Below are positions 41,874 through 53,486 of a stretch of 64,000 bases of DNA, in pieces. The stretch comes from a virus: positions 24,293 through 88,292 of the IMG/VR virus record IMGVR_UViG_3300045988_164842. One strand, written 5' to 3'. The notes beneath the pieces were generated by a model that was not told where the DNA came from, searched no databases, and saw only the letters and a list, made by a program, of their open reading frames with translations. Numbering within the stretch: the stretch's first letter is position 1; each line of letters opens with the position of its first letter. The position numbers were made by a program, and so were the translations under genes.

Positions 41874-44800
41874 ATGGCAAAAACTCCGAATACTTCTGAA
41901 ATGGAAATTGTAGTAGGTGTTGATACTCCTGTCACAACGGATTTAATGCAAGAACAACTTAATGAAATTGCTAAAAAAATAAAAATAAAAGTCAACGCTG
42001 AACTTTCTCAAAACGCTTTAAAGGGCATTCAAGAGAGTGTTTCAAAAGCGACTAAAAATGTTCAGGTAAGTATAACCCCTACAACAAATCAGCAGACAAT
42101 AACGAGAAATATTCAGCAGGCTGTTTCTACTGCTTCAAAAACTATAGCAAGTAATCCTATCACTGTTCCTGTTAAGGGAACGCTTATTTCTTCATCGAGT
42201 ACTTTTCTACAAGGAGAACTTTCAAGCCAGGATTTGAAATATATCAACAGTAAGACCCAAACAACCACTACTGATATGTATAGGCTTGATGATGTAGGGA
42301 AGCTTTATCTTTCAGGTCAAAAAGTTGTAGAAAACTACAAACAGCAACAAAAAGCTGTTGAAACTCTCAGCCAGAAAATTGACACATATACCAAAAAGAT
42401 TGAAGAACTTAAATCAAAAAACGCTTCACTAATCGCAGGAAGCAGAGAACTACAGCAGATTGTTTCCAAGCTAAACACTTACCCTGCACAGCTTCAGTCA
42501 GAAGAAGGGCTTGCTTTACGAGTTAAGAGATATGAGGAGTTACAGCGTGGTATTGCTAAGATTAAGAATACACAGGCGAATAACTCAAATATCGCAAATC
42601 AAGAAAAAGCTATTACTCAACTTACTTCAAAATATGCTACGTTACAGCAAACTCTTCAATCAACGACTAAAGTTTCAGTAACAAGAGGAGAACAATCCGC
42701 TGTAGATAAGCTGAATGCGAAAATACAAGCTATCGGAAAGTCTTTAGCGGTAGTCGAATCGGAAACAAAGAACAGACATCTTGTCGATATAAGTACACTA
42801 AAATCGGATATTGAAATTGCCGAAAGAGAAATCACCAGATATAAAACTTTAGTAGAACAAATCAATAGTACCGTCACGCCTGTAGCTTTAGGGCTTAATG
42901 CAACAGGAAAAAAAGTATTAGAGAGCAATCCAAATCTGAAAGCAAGTTTCGATAGTGCGTTCAAACGTTATCAGAATCTTACAAGCAATCCTACTGCCTC
43001 CTTTGCGACTACCGATATTCAGAAACTTATTTCCGACTTTCAGAAACTGAAAACTTCTTTGCAAGGCGGTTATGATGATATCTTTAATTCAAAAGATATC
43101 GGAAGTATTTCATCAGTTTATGATAAACTGGAAGAAGCTATGAAAAAGTATTCTTCCGCAAAACAAAATCAGTTATCTCTTTCTGCAAAAAATAAAGCGT
43201 CTATCGACTCTGAAATTCAAAAGTATGACACGCTTATTCAGACTTATGAAAGAGTTATTCAGACACAGGGACAAATCCCTGCAAGAGAAGAACGATTATC
43301 TTCTCTCAGACAAACTTTAACTGCGAATAGAGATGAAGCTGTTAATCGCAATAGAAACAATGCTCTCAGTGTTATTTCTCAAATGTCAAGGGGAACGTCT
43401 ATGTTTCTCAACGACAAAGCTGTTAATAAGTATTCCACGCTTCCAGAAGTTCAGCAATTAAAACAGCAATTTTCTGATATCCGGGTAGAATATGAAAACC
43501 TCAGAAATCAGCTTCAAAGTGGTTCTTTATCGGCTGATGGTCTTATACAAATCAACAATCAACTCTTACAGCTAAGGGAGCGTTTTCTTTCAGTTTCGTC
43601 AGCAGGAGAAACTCTCAAAACAAAGCTGAGAGCGAGTTCCGAAACTTTCATTGACCTACAGTATAAAATTCAGCAGGCGCAGTTTGCTATTCAAAAGCTT
43701 GAGCAAAACACAAATTGGGGTTTTGTAAAAGAGTATGGTTCAAGAATTTCTCAACTGAAAACACAGCTTTCCTTAATGTCGCCTGAAACGTCAAGCCTTG
43801 CTGAAATTGAACAACTTCAAAGAAACATCAAAATCCTTACAAAAGAAGCTCAGCTCGCAGGTGTTACTGGTGAAGGGACGATAACAAAGATTAAGAACGC
43901 CCTCAGTAAATTCACTCGATGGTTCGGCGTTTCTTGGGTTGTTACGACCATAGTATCACAGGTAAGAGAAGCTATTGTTCAGCTTAAAGAAGTTGACACA
44001 CTTCTCACTGAAATCTCAAAGACATCTGAACGTAGTGCTGAAAGCTTGCTTGAACTCGGAAAGAAGTCATTTTCGGAAGCAAATAAGTACGGTGCTACTA
44101 TCACGGGTTATCTTGAAGGTGTCCGTGAAATGTCCCGTGCAGGTTTCGGCGAAGGACAATCAGAAGAACTTGGTCGTTTAAGTTTGCTTGCTCAGAGTGC
44201 AGGCGACATGACCGCAGACCTCGCAAACCAGTATCTTATAGCTACAAACTTTGCTTATGGTCTTGGTGGTTCAGTGGAAAAGCTCAACGCTATACTGGAC
44301 GCACAGAACCAGATTACAAACCGCAATGCTGTAAACATGACGGAATTTGCGGAAGCTACTAAAATCGCAGGAAATCAGCTCGCAAACTCAAATATCGACA
44401 TTCAGCAATCATCTGCTCTCCTTGCTACTGGTCTTATCACTACACAGCAAGGCGGACAGGAAGTCGGTAGGGCTATCAAAGGTATCATCATGAACCTTCA
44501 ATCTGTTTCAGGTGAAACCGGAGATGGAGATGTTCTCAACGAAGAGAGCTTTGCAAAAGCTGAAAAACGTCTTGCTTCCGTAGGCGTTGCTATGGAAACT
44601 GTGGAGAATGGAGCAACACATCTCCGAAGTGCTATTTCTATTCTCAAAGACCTTGCAGAAGTTTACAACTCACTCCCAGAGGATAGTCCTGAAAGAGCCG
44701 GAATTATTGAAGACCTCGGCGGTAAATTCCGTGGTAACGTGCTTTCATCTATTCTCTCAAACTGGGATACATATGAAAAAGTCCTCAAAGACTATGAAAA

Positions 44801-47800
44801 TGCAAACGGTTCAGCACAAACCGAAGCAGATAAGACTGCAAATTCTTGGCAAGGTGTTCTCAATCAGCTTTCAAATACATGGATTGAATTTATCAATAAT
44901 TTTGTAACTGCTAAGGGAATGACAACATTTATTAAGAATTTACAATCAGCCTTAGATACTGTAAATGGTCTCGTAGATGGTTTCGGGAAAATTCCATCTC
45001 TTATAGCAACAATAGGTGCTGTCAATACTTTCGGAGGTAAAGGTGTCTTCGGCTACAATAAGGATACCGGATTTAAAACACTTTTTGGCATTGACGCAGA
45101 AAATGGTTATCGTGGTATATTTAAAGATATTAAATCTCTCTTTTCATCTCAAGCAGTTTCACAAGTTGACATTCTCGGAGAAAGTCAAGTATTACCTATA
45201 CTTTCACGATATACTGACGAGGGAAGACAAGCTTCTCAAAACTTTCTTAACTCTCTTAATGATGATACTCTCAGGCGATACATACAAAGCCTGGATGGTG
45301 CAAATGCAAGTTATCAGGATTATACGGTATTCGCTCAACAAGCACAAGCACAACAGGCGCAACTCAACAACGTTCTATCGGCAGGTAGAGCAAGACTTAC
45401 GGCTATACGCAACTCAATAGGCTCAACTATTCTTAATATGGGCGTGACCGCGGCTATTTCTCTTGCGGTATTTTGGATACAGCAACTTATCACACTGCAA
45501 GAAAGAGAACGGAAGCAAACACTTGAATTAGCACAAGCAACCAGAGATAAAGGTGAAGCATACGAAACCGAGATTGAAAAGATAAGAGAACTCCAGTCAG
45601 AGTATCAGAAACTCAATTCTATATCTATAGGGGCGGAAGCTCTCAAGACCAAGCTTGACGAATTACAGTCAAGTTTCGCAGAGGAAGGAATTTCTGACCC
45701 TGAAATTAATTCTATCCTCGATAAAATTGACCTTGAAAACGGTTTGTATTCCGAGCAAATCAGCTTAATTAATCAACTTATCCAGAAAAAATCTGAATTG
45801 TATACCAACGAAAACAAAGTTACATACAACAAGGCGCAAGAAAAACTTCTGAATGATAGGCAGACAAATGTTGGTTGGTCTGCTATGTCGGGTGTAATCA
45901 ATTCAAAAGCTCAAAAGGCTATAAATGAATATATTCAAAAAAATAACAATGGCGAGATTTTCTATAAATATTACAACACAGCAAACGCGTCAGGTCGTCA
46001 GCTTAAATCGTATGGTAGTCTTGAAAAAAGAATAGCTGATTTCAAAGAGTATTTGAAGATTATTGACGAATACGACCCTGACGCTGTAGATAAACGCTTT
46101 TATAAGAAAATTCAAGAAGAACTTTCCTCTATGGAGGAAGAATTTAGTCTGTTCTCTACCGTAGTAGACAAATACAAGTCTGCACTCAGTGAAATTCAGA
46201 ATATGGATTTCTATTCAGATTACGAGCAAGATGTTCAGAGATTTGCTGATATTACTTCTCAGCTTGAAAATGAAACCGACACTGATAAAATCAAGGCTTA
46301 TGTTCAGCAACTCCAAGAGTTGAAAAAAGCAATGCTTAACAGCGTTGCCACGGATAACCTTGATGTTTCGGCAATTAAATCTCAGGCTGACAACATTGAT
46401 GAAATGTTCAGCAATATTCTTGATAAGTACAAGGTCAATGTAAAAACTTTCAGCGAAGCTGTAGCTTCCGTAAAGCTTATACCAGATGACTACCAAGACG
46501 ATATAAGCAATTATGAAAAGTCTATCAAAACCCTTTCGTCTGCTTATGATGAAATGGCAAAAGATAAAGTTCTTTCGAGTTCGACAATGAAAGACCTTAT
46601 CAGTGACGGTTTTGCTGGAGCGATTGATTTTGATAGTCAGTTACAAGGTTATACCCTCATAACTGACAAAGCAAAAGAACTACTTAAAACCAAGTACGAA
46701 ACCGTTCAGGCGAATATGTCAGCGAGAGAAAGCACTCTTGCCGATACCTATAACGCTGAAATAAAAGCTATAGATAAAGAGATTTCCAAAGCAAAAGAAC
46801 TCAATGACCTTAATAAAGTCGCTGACCTTAATAAGCAAAAGTCGTCTCTTACGAGCGAATACCAAGAAGCTTTACGCTACGCAAATTCTTTCTCTGCTCT
46901 GAATACCGACCTTAATACGAGTATTTCAAAGTATCTGAATAACGAGAATACGGAAATTATTGATAGTACGGAGCTTTTGAAAACAGCTTTTGAAAATCTT
47001 GAAAGTGCTTACTCTTTACTGGATACGGCTCAAACTGAAATCGCAAGCGGAACATCTCTTTCTCCTTCTACTCTGAAAAGCATTGTAGAAACGTTCCCTA
47101 ACCTTTCAGGTGAAGTTGCAAAATATCAGTCTGGAAATCTCTCTGAAAATATCCTTGTAGATAAACTCAAATCAGCGTATCTTTCGAGTGTTGATGTTTA
47201 TAGACAATCGCTTTCTTTGAAATATGAAAGTGATACAAATTTCTATCAGGAATTGCTTGCTAATAACGCCGAATACGTTTCACTTCTTTCAGATAGGTAC
47301 AATATCGACCTCACAAACTATCGAACTGTAGCGGAAGCCAAGCTTGCTATTGAAAAGAATATTATAGCACAAACAAAATCAGCATGGCAAGATTATTATA
47401 GTGTTGATATAGACCAATCTACAGGGCGTGCAAAGGTCAATACTAAAGGAAATCTTTCTATTAATAGTGCCGAGGACTATAAGAATTTTAGTGGCTCTTT
47501 AAGAGAACAAGCCTACAATTCAGCTTTACAGGCTGTCGATGACATCAATAAGATTTTCGAGAAAGCAAAAGTCAACGTCAAGATTTCTCCTGACTTGTTT
47601 GATATTGACAACAACTCTCTTGAAACTTATAACGCTATCAAAGCAAGATATGAGAAAGACCTTTCAGCTCTTGAACACAGCTATTCTCTCGGTGAAATCA
47701 ATGTTGAAGCTTACTACGCAAGATTAGCAGAACTCAACAATAAATATCTGAAAGGCAATACTCAATTTATTGAAGATTACAACAGCAATATTGAAAAGCT

Positions 47801-48551
47801 TCATTCAGGTATTTCTGAAATTTTTGAAGATAAGAGAAAAGACCTTGACCATCAGCTTGCTATGGATTACATTTCGGAGGATACCTACTATGAAAGGCTG
47901 ATGGCTCTCGCAAATGAATACTATGGCGGTAAGGTTGAATGGCTGAGAGAATATCAAAGTGTAGAAGAAGAATACTATAAGCATAGTATTCAAAGTCAAG
48001 AGGATTATTACAAGAAGCAAATTGACGCTCTGGAAGAAATAAATAATCAGCAACAGTCACTCATTGACCTCATGAAAGCCCGTATTGCCCTTGAAAATGC
48101 TTACCGTAACAAGACGGTAAATACTTATTCAAGTGAACGTGGCTGGAACTATGAATCCGACCAGTCGGCTATACAAGACGCTCTCAGCGATTATCAGAGT
48201 AAATACATTTCCTTTACAAAGTCACAACTTGAAATTGCTGAAAAAGCAAAAGACCCGGATAGCAATATTGACCTTATTCCGTTGTCGGATAGTCAACTTG
48301 AAGCTATGTGGGGAGCGAGCATGGATATGATTAAAAACTCCATGCTGACCTCATGGACACAAAGCATGAATGACTTCAATACATCTTACGGAAATAATAA
48401 TTATTACAATACAAATTCCACAAACAATCCTGTATTCAATCTTTCTATTGGTACGGTGATGGCTAATAATCCTGAAGACTTTGCAAGCAACTTTGACACA
48501 TACCTGAACAACTTTTTAGCACAGGCAAATTTACTTAGCAGGAATAGATAA
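41874..48551 (+). CDS. tail tape measure protein
   Basis: 2225 aa; coiled-coil-rich with central hydrophobic segments (WFGVSWVVTTIVSQV; MGVTAAISLAVFWIQQLI). Confidence 0.85.
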   Translation: MAKTPNTSEMEIVVGVDTPVTTDLMQEQLNEIAKKIKIKVNAELSQNALKGIQESVSKATKNVQVSITPTTNQQTITRNIQQAVSTASKTIASNPITVPVKGTLISSSSTFLQGELSSQDLKYINSKTQTTTTDMYRLDDVGKLYLSGQKVVENYKQQQKAVETLSQKIDTYTKKIEELKSKNASLIAGSRELQQIVSKLNTYPAQLQSEEGLALRVKRYEELQRGIAKIKNTQANNSNIANQEKAITQLTSKYATLQQTLQSTTKVSVTRGEQSAVDKLNAKIQAIGKSLAVVESETKNRHLVDISTLKSDIEIAEREITRYKTLVEQINSTVTPVALGLNATGKKVLESNPNLKASFDSAFKRYQNLTSNPTASFATTDIQKLISDFQKLKTSLQGGYDDIFNSKDIGSISSVYDKLEEAMKKYSSAKQNQLSLSAKNKASIDSEIQKYDTLIQTYERVIQTQGQIPAREERLSSLRQTLTANRDEAVNRNRNNALSVISQMSRGTSMFLNDKAVNKYSTLPEVQQLKQQFSDIRVEYENLRNQLQSGSLSADGLIQINNQLLQLRERFLSVSSAGETLKTKLRASSETFIDLQYKIQQAQFAIQKLEQNTNWGFVKEYGSRISQLKTQLSLMSPETSSLAEIEQLQRNIKILTKEAQLAGVTGEGTITKIKNALSKFTRWFGVSWVVTTIVSQVREAIVQLKEVDTLLTEISKTSERSAESLLELGKKSFSEANKYGATITGYLEGVREMSRAGFGEGQSEELGRLSLLAQSAGDMTADLANQYLIATNFAYGLGGSVEKLNAILDAQNQITNRNAVNMTEFAEATKIAGNQLANSNIDIQQSSALLATGLITTQQGGQEVGRAIKGIIMNLQSVSGETGDGDVLNEESFAKAEKRLASVGVAMETVENGATHLRSAISILKDLAEVYNSLPEDSPERAGIIEDLGGKFRGNVLSSILSNWDTYEKVLKDYENANGSAQTEADKTANSWQGVLNQLSNTWIEFINNFVTAKGMTTFIKNLQSALDTVNGLVDGFGKIPSLIATIGAVNTFGGKGVFGYNKDTGFKTLFGIDAENGYRGIFKDIKSLFSSQAVSQVDILGESQVLPILSRYTDEGRQASQNFLNSLNDDTLRRYIQSLDGANASYQDYTVFAQQAQAQQAQLNNVLSAGRARLTAIRNSIGSTILNMGVTAAISLAVFWIQQLITLQERERKQTLELAQATRDKGEAYETEIEKIRELQSEYQKLNSISIGAEALKTKLDELQSSFAEEGISDPEINSILDKIDLENGLYSEQISLINQLIQKKSELYTNENKVTYNKAQEKLLNDRQTNVGWSAMSGVINSKAQKAINEYIQKNNNGEIFYKYYNTANASGRQLKSYGSLEKRIADFKEYLKIIDEYDPDAVDKRFYKKIQEELSSMEEEFSLFSTVVDKYKSALSEIQNMDFYSDYEQDVQRFADITSQLENETDTDKIKAYVQQLQELKKAMLNSVATDNLDVSAIKSQADNIDEMFSNILDKYKVNVKTFSEAVASVKLIPDDYQDDISNYEKSIKTLSSAYDEMAKDKVLSSSTMKDLISDGFAGAIDFDSQLQGYTLITDKAKELLKTKYETVQANMSARESTLADTYNAEIKAIDKEISKAKELNDLNKVADLNKQKSSLTSEYQEALRYANSFSALNTDLNTSISKYLNNENTEIIDSTELLKTAFENLESAYSLLDTAQTEIASGTSLSPSTLKSIVETFPNLSGEVAKYQSGNLSENILVDKLKSAYLSSVDVYRQSLSLKYESDTNFYQELLANNAEYVSLLSDRYNIDLTNYRTVAEAKLAIEKNIIAQTKSAWQDYYSVDIDQSTGRAKVNTKGNLSINSAEDYKNFSGSLREQAYNSALQAVDDINKIFEKAKVNVKISPDLFDIDNNSLETYNAIKARYEKDLSALEHSYSLGEINVEAYYARLAELNNKYLKGNTQFIEDYNSNIEKLHSGISEIFEDKRKDLDHQLAMDYISEDTYYERLMALANEYYGGKVEWLREYQSVEEEYYKHSIQSQEDYYKKQIDALEEINNQQQSLIDLMKARIALENAYRNKTVNTYSSERGWNYESDQSAIQDALSDYQSKYISFTKSQLEIAEKAKDPDSNIDLIPLSDSQLEAMWGASMDMIKNSMLTSWTQSMNDFNTSYGNNNYYNTNSTNNPVFNLSIGTVMANNPEDFASNFDTYLNNFLAQANLLSRNR

Positions 48552-48554
48552 TGA

Positions 48555-48591
48555 ATGCTCACTGGCTTATAGGTTAGTGAGCATATTTTAT
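48555..48591 (+). terminator. hairpin + weak T-run after the tape measure gene
   Basis: 9-bp stem ATGCTCACT (48555-48563) / AGTGAGCAT (48576-48584), then ATTTTAT. Confidence 0.5.
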
Positions 48592-48610
48592 AGAGAATGG
48601 AAGTGATAAA

Positions 48611-50587
48611 ATGATTTATAAACCAACTTGCGTTTTTCCAAATGGAAATACTTGTGATATGAACTATAATAATCCTAACTTCTGGCATTTTCAGTTTAAT
48701 GGTGATGAACTGAAATATATCAGTACAAAGGTATATAATGCAAATACGAATGAATATATCACGGATACATACTTTGTAAAGCTCAGTGTGTATAATGGTG
48801 AAACTGTTTATTGGGGACATAATGCGGGAGATGGTATTTTCTATAATGGTAATAATTATAAATACAACATAAACCTGTATCAAGAGAAATTCAATATTTT
48901 TGTTTTACAAGGTCGAGTCCGAAAAGTCGTCGATAATGTAGTATATCTCAACTGGGGGATAACAGCCATTCAACCGCCTATTTATTTTTCTCTTGATAAT
49001 GTAGAAACATTGTTTGGTGCGATGTATATTGAAATCGGAAATCAGCGTAGGTTCATAGCGGACGTGGATTTCTCTCAGCAAACTATTGACGATAATGGCT
49101 ATGTAATGGCTTTGGTTATCAGTGAAAACTTTGACGGTGATATACTGGACGGCTCTCAGTATCGCATATATTCAAACTATGTGACTTCGGCTGAATATCT
49201 TTTAAAAGCAAGAACCACCCCTGCTATATCCATCAACGCTGAATACAATACGGCTGACGCAACCATTTCCTGTACCGGAACGTATAGTCAACTTGAAAAC
49301 GTAGGAGTAAAAGCTTACAAATGGTCTATTTATAAACAAGTTAAAGGTGAAAAAGATACTATCACTTCTACAATTCCTGATTACAATAATCTTTCAGACG
49401 ACCTTAAAAAGATACTTTCTCCTTATCTTATTTATATCGGAAGTGGGTTTCTTATTCCTCCAAACAACATTTTAACCATAGGCACATCTATGTATCATAT
49501 CACAAAATATGACCAGACAACAGGACTTGCTACTCTGAACGAACCTGTTCCGTATCTTCCTGCCGTGAATACTGAATTTACAATTGATGATATACTTGAA
49601 GAACTTGTAGAAGAAAGCGACATTATCTACAATGGTAGGCTTCTATATACTTTTGTAGAAATACCGGACAATACTTACTACCGACTTACTTTTAAGGTCT
49701 GGACACAGGACGATGTTACGGTAGAAACTTCGGTAGTAAAGAACTTCAATCGTATAGGTGATACAGAGTTAATCAAAACTTCCATGGTCTGGAACTATCG
49801 TGTGCGTAATCGTGTCGGTTGGTGGTACTATGACAACGTCACAAACATGGATAGAATAAATGTGTATCGTGAAGAAATTGGGAAAGAGAAAGTCGCTTTA
49901 GTATATGATGTAAAAAATATCAGTAACTTCGTAGATGATTTTCTTGTAGGTTGTAACAAAAGTTATCGTTATCATCTTATCCCTATTATGCAAGATGGAC
50001 AAATAGGGAAAATCCATATTACTGACACTATAACAAAAAGTCAAGATGGTTGGTCTATAATGGCAATAAAGAAGATGGCTGATAAATACTATAACCGCAA
50101 ACATTATGAAACCTTGACATCTGACGCTTATGACGAAACTGGAAATGATATTATCCGTGGCGTATGGTATTTTGATTTATCAGCTGAATGTGGTGATATC
50201 ACTCAGAACATAAATCCAGTTACTCACACTGGTGGCACTGGTTCTTTTCCTGTGGTTACGACATACAACAATCGTTATGTTAGTGGTTCTCTTACTGTTG
50301 ACCTTGCTACCGTTGAATGCCCTACTCAGACTTTCAAAGACGATATCGAGAGGGTTGAAGCATGGAGGAAATTCATTGCTCAAGAAAGTTTGTTTGTTTT
50401 AAAATCTCCAAAAGGTGACGTATGGATTGTCGCTATTAATGAAAATCCTACGACAAAGTACGATTACACTTCAAACCATCTTTTCACATCTGCCACGATT
50501 AACTATGTTCAGGTAGAAGATAATGATAATGTAATTATCACACCATCTACGAGAAGCGATGTAACGAGGACTTCTGCATATGATTGA
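48611..50587 (+). CDS. tail component (distal tail protein position, 658 aa)
   Basis: First gene after the tape measure; position only. Confidence 0.55.
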   Translation: MIYKPTCVFPNGNTCDMNYNNPNFWHFQFNGDELKYISTKVYNANTNEYITDTYFVKLSVYNGETVYWGHNAGDGIFYNGNNYKYNINLYQEKFNIFVLQGRVRKVVDNVVYLNWGITAIQPPIYFSLDNVETLFGAMYIEIGNQRRFIADVDFSQQTIDDNGYVMALVISENFDGDILDGSQYRIYSNYVTSAEYLLKARTTPAISINAEYNTADATISCTGTYSQLENVGVKAYKWSIYKQVKGEKDTITSTIPDYNNLSDDLKKILSPYLIYIGSGFLIPPNNILTIGTSMYHITKYDQTTGLATLNEPVPYLPAVNTEFTIDDILEELVEESDIIYNGRLLYTFVEIPDNTYYRLTFKVWTQDDVTVETSVVKNFNRIGDTELIKTSMVWNYRVRNRVGWWYYDNVTNMDRINVYREEIGKEKVALVYDVKNISNFVDDFLVGCNKSYRYHLIPIMQDGQIGKIHITDTITKSQDGWSIMAIKKMADKYYNRKHYETLTSDAYDETGNDIIRGVWYFDLSAECGDITQNINPVTHTGGTGSFPVVTTYNNRYVSGSLTVDLATVECPTQTFKDDIERVEAWRKFIAQESLFVLKSPKGDVWIVAINENPTTKYDYTSNHLFTSATINYVQVEDNDNVIITPSTRSDVTRTSAYD

Positions 50588-51755
50588 GAAATATGATACC
50601 TATGACGAAAGATATGTTGACATTATAAGTCAACCGATAATACACTATCGTGTAAAAATTGAAGCTTTAGACCACTACGAGAATACACTTGGTGAGTTTC
50701 AGCAAGATATTGATATTCAAAACGCAGGAAGTATTTCGTGTACATATAATCAAGGTGTTCGCCGTACTTGTACTATCACTCTCAGAAATATATTTGGAAA
50801 CTATCTTCCGAACGAGGATAGTCCTTTTTTTATTAACCGGAAATTTCGATTACTGATAGGCGTAAAAAGTGATATTGATGAAGTCTACTGGTGGTCACAG
50901 GGCATATTCATCACGACAGAGGTTTCAGCCCAAGACGGCAATGTTACTATTTCAGGTATTGACAAGTTCGGATATTTCACGTCTGACTTAAAACAATACG
51001 TTCTACAGACCGCTCACGTCATACCAGCAGGAACAAGCGTATATGACTGCATACGGGACACAATAACGCTTGACATGGGGGATAATAGACCTATTGACCC
51101 TATCGAACCTATTATCGAGGAAGTCTTCACAAAAGAAACATTTCCGTATGAAATTAAAAAAGATGCAGGGACAACACTTGGTGACATACTTGAAGAAATG
51201 GCAACAGCCTTAAATGCTGATATTTACTATGACCGTCAAGGCAGGCTGAATGTTCGCAAACTGAAAACCGATGACTATCAGAGAATTTCTCCGAGCTGGA
51301 CTTTTAACAACATAAAACTTTCTGTCAACTATGCGGTCAAAGAAGCTGTTAATCAGGTTATGGTTATGGGGAACAATACTTCTATGCCTATATATAGCTA
51401 CACTGCGAAAAACACAAATCTGCAATCGCCATTTAGACAATCGCTTATAGGCGTAAAAGCCAAAGAGCCAGTAGAAACGCCGATGGGGTATTGCGTTGAA
51501 AGATGTAAAGACTACGCCGAATACCTCATAAACAAAGCAAGTATGATAGGAATGTCGGTTTCTTTTTCTACGCCTGTAATTCCTCATATAAGCGAGAATG
51601 ACATTATTTGGATTACGAGCAAAGAGTATTCCCTTGAAAATGCCCCATTTGTGGTCAATGAAATAAGTCAGCCTATCGGTGCAGGGGAAACACAATATTC
51701 AGTGACAAACGTACAGTACCTACCATTTCAAGATGAAAGCAGGGTGATATTTTGA
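50580..51755 (+). CDS. tail-associated (Tal / tail-endopeptidase-family position) protein, 391 aa
   Basis: Second gene after the tape measure; overlapping start; position only. Confidence 0.5.
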   Translation: MIEKYDTYDERYVDIISQPIIHYRVKIEALDHYENTLGEFQQDIDIQNAGSISCTYNQGVRRTCTITLRNIFGNYLPNEDSPFFINRKFRLLIGVKSDIDEVYWWSQGIFITTEVSAQDGNVTISGIDKFGYFTSDLKQYVLQTAHVIPAGTSVYDCIRDTITLDMGDNRPIDPIEPIIEEVFTKETFPYEIKKDAGTTLGDILEEMATALNADIYYDRQGRLNVRKLKTDDYQRISPSWTFNNIKLSVNYAVKEAVNQVMVMGNNTSMPIYSYTAKNTNLQSPFRQSLIGVKAKEPVETPMGYCVERCKDYAEYLINKASMIGMSVSFSTPVIPHISENDIIWITSKEYSLENAPFVVNEISQPIGAGETQYSVTNVQYLPFQDESRVIF

Positions 51756-52132
51756 GCATACAAGCCATCAACAATTTTCTCAGCACTATAAGAGAAAATA
51801 GTAGTAATAATGGATTATGCCGTATTTCGGGCAAGGTTGTAAAGGTTGATGAAGACTGCCAGAATATCAAGGTTATTCTCACAGGTGATGAAACCGACAC
51901 TATGATGTCTTTTCCTAATAAAAGTGCAGGGCGTGTAGACGTGGGTGACTATGTATTTATCGAATACTGGCACAACAATCTAACGTCTGGATATGTAGCT
52001 GTGAAATGTGGTGATTTCAAGCCTTTCCCTCAAATAGTCGTTCTCACTCAGGAAGCATATGACGCACTCACCATAGAACAAAAAAAATCGAAACTTTACG
52101 GGATAATTCAGGAGGACGAAGGCAATGTCTAA
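51752..52132 (+). CDS. hypothetical tail-module protein (126 aa)
   Basis: TTG start overlapping the upstream stop. Confidence 0.5.
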   Translation: MSIQAINNFLSTIRENSSNNGLCRISGKVVKVDEDCQNIKVILTGDETDTMMSFPNKSAGRVDVGDYVFIEYWHNNLTSGYVAVKCGDFKPFPQIVVLTQEAYDALTIEQKKSKLYGIIQEDEGNV

Positions 52133-53408
52133 CATTTCAACCTGTAGTAACCTTTACTACACTGACGAAAGCGGCAAAGAGCATTCGCTCCTGAAACTGT
52201 ACGCCTACGGTAAATGCGTGTGGAAAAAAGAAACCGTGAAAGATATGTGGCAATATACAGTATCTGTTACAGCAGGGCAGGAAATCAGTTTGAGCGTTTC
52301 GACACAAGGTCTGAATGATACATTTGACTGGGGCGACGGTTCAACCTCGATTGGTTATGTAAACTCTCACACATATGAAAAAGCAGGCACTTATACGATT
52401 TCTTTTACTGATATAGGAAAATCAAATCTTTACTATGGCAGTTCTATTTCTCCGTCAACTGCTGTCAAGAAAATCATACACCCATCATATTGTACAAAGT
52501 TATATATTTCATTAGCAGAAAACCTTGAAGAAATTGACTTCGTTTTGCCAACGTCAATCACATACGTTGAACATATGGGAGGAATTTCATGTGGTATACC
52601 AAGAGTAAAAATTCCTAAAGGTGTTGTGAAACTGAACAATCAGTCTTTTTCGTATCTTTCAAAACTAAAATCCGTACAACTTCCTGATACTTTAAACACC
52701 ATAGGAGATGATACTTTCAGAAAGTGTGAAAAGCTTGAAAAGATAACTATTCCAGATAGTGTAACATCTATCGGAAATGAAACTTTTGGCTACTGCACCG
52801 CCTTGAAAGAAATAAAATTTTCAGAAAACATTACAACGATTCCACAATACTGTTGTAGAGATAGTGGAATAGAGGATATTATTATTCCGCCAAAGGTGAC
52901 AAAAATTGATAACTATGCATTCTTTCAGTGTAGCAACATAAAATCAATCCAGTTAAACAGCGGTTTAAAAGAAATTGGAGAACAAGCATTTAAGCTGATA
53001 ACCACAAATACAGCAGTAACAGAAATTATTTTACCCGATACACTGGAAACCATAAGAGCAAATGCTTTTAATGGGTGGGGCGATGAATATAAAGGCTACT
53101 GCAATGTAACAAGTCTAAATATCCCAGATAGTGTGATAGCTGTGTATGCGTATGCTTTCACCTATATGACAAGTCTTGCGAAAGTCACTGTAGGGGCAGG
53201 CATTCAATATATTGGGCAAGGAGCTTTTAACTATAATGATAGCTTAAAGGCGATTACGGTAAAAGGTACACCGCAAAGGGTTGAAGAATATGCTTTCGGT
53301 TATGATACGAACGGCAAAAAGATTGACGGATTTACGGTATACGGCGTAGCAGGAAGCAACACTGAAACCTACGCAAAAAACAATGGCTTTGATTTTGTAG
53401 CAATATAG
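52125..53408 (+). CDS. PKD-like + BspA-type leucine-rich-repeat protein (receptor-binding candidate)
   Basis: FDWGDGSTSIGYVNSHTYEKAGTYTISF (PKD signature), followed by repeated IPDSVTSIGNETF / LPDTLETIRANAF LRR units. Confidence 0.7.
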   Translation: MSNISTCSNLYYTDESGKEHSLLKLYAYGKCVWKKETVKDMWQYTVSVTAGQEISLSVSTQGLNDTFDWGDGSTSIGYVNSHTYEKAGTYTISFTDIGKSNLYYGSSISPSTAVKKIIHPSYCTKLYISLAENLEEIDFVLPTSITYVEHMGGISCGIPRVKIPKGVVKLNNQSFSYLSKLKSVQLPDTLNTIGDDTFRKCEKLEKITIPDSVTSIGNETFGYCTALKEIKFSENITTIPQYCCRDSGIEDIIIPPKVTKIDNYAFFQCSNIKSIQLNSGLKEIGEQAFKLITTNTAVTEIILPDTLETIRANAFNGWGDEYKGYCNVTSLNIPDSVIAVYAYAFTYMTSLAKVTVGAGIQYIGQGAFNYNDSLKAITVKGTPQRVEEYAFGYDTNGKKIDGFTVYGVAGSNTETYAKNNGFDFVAI

Positions 53409-53486
53409 GAGGAAATGCAAAACCACTGACCGCCATAGAACAAGGTGAAAAATAAAGAACGAAACTATGAAAGAGGTGATGATGAC

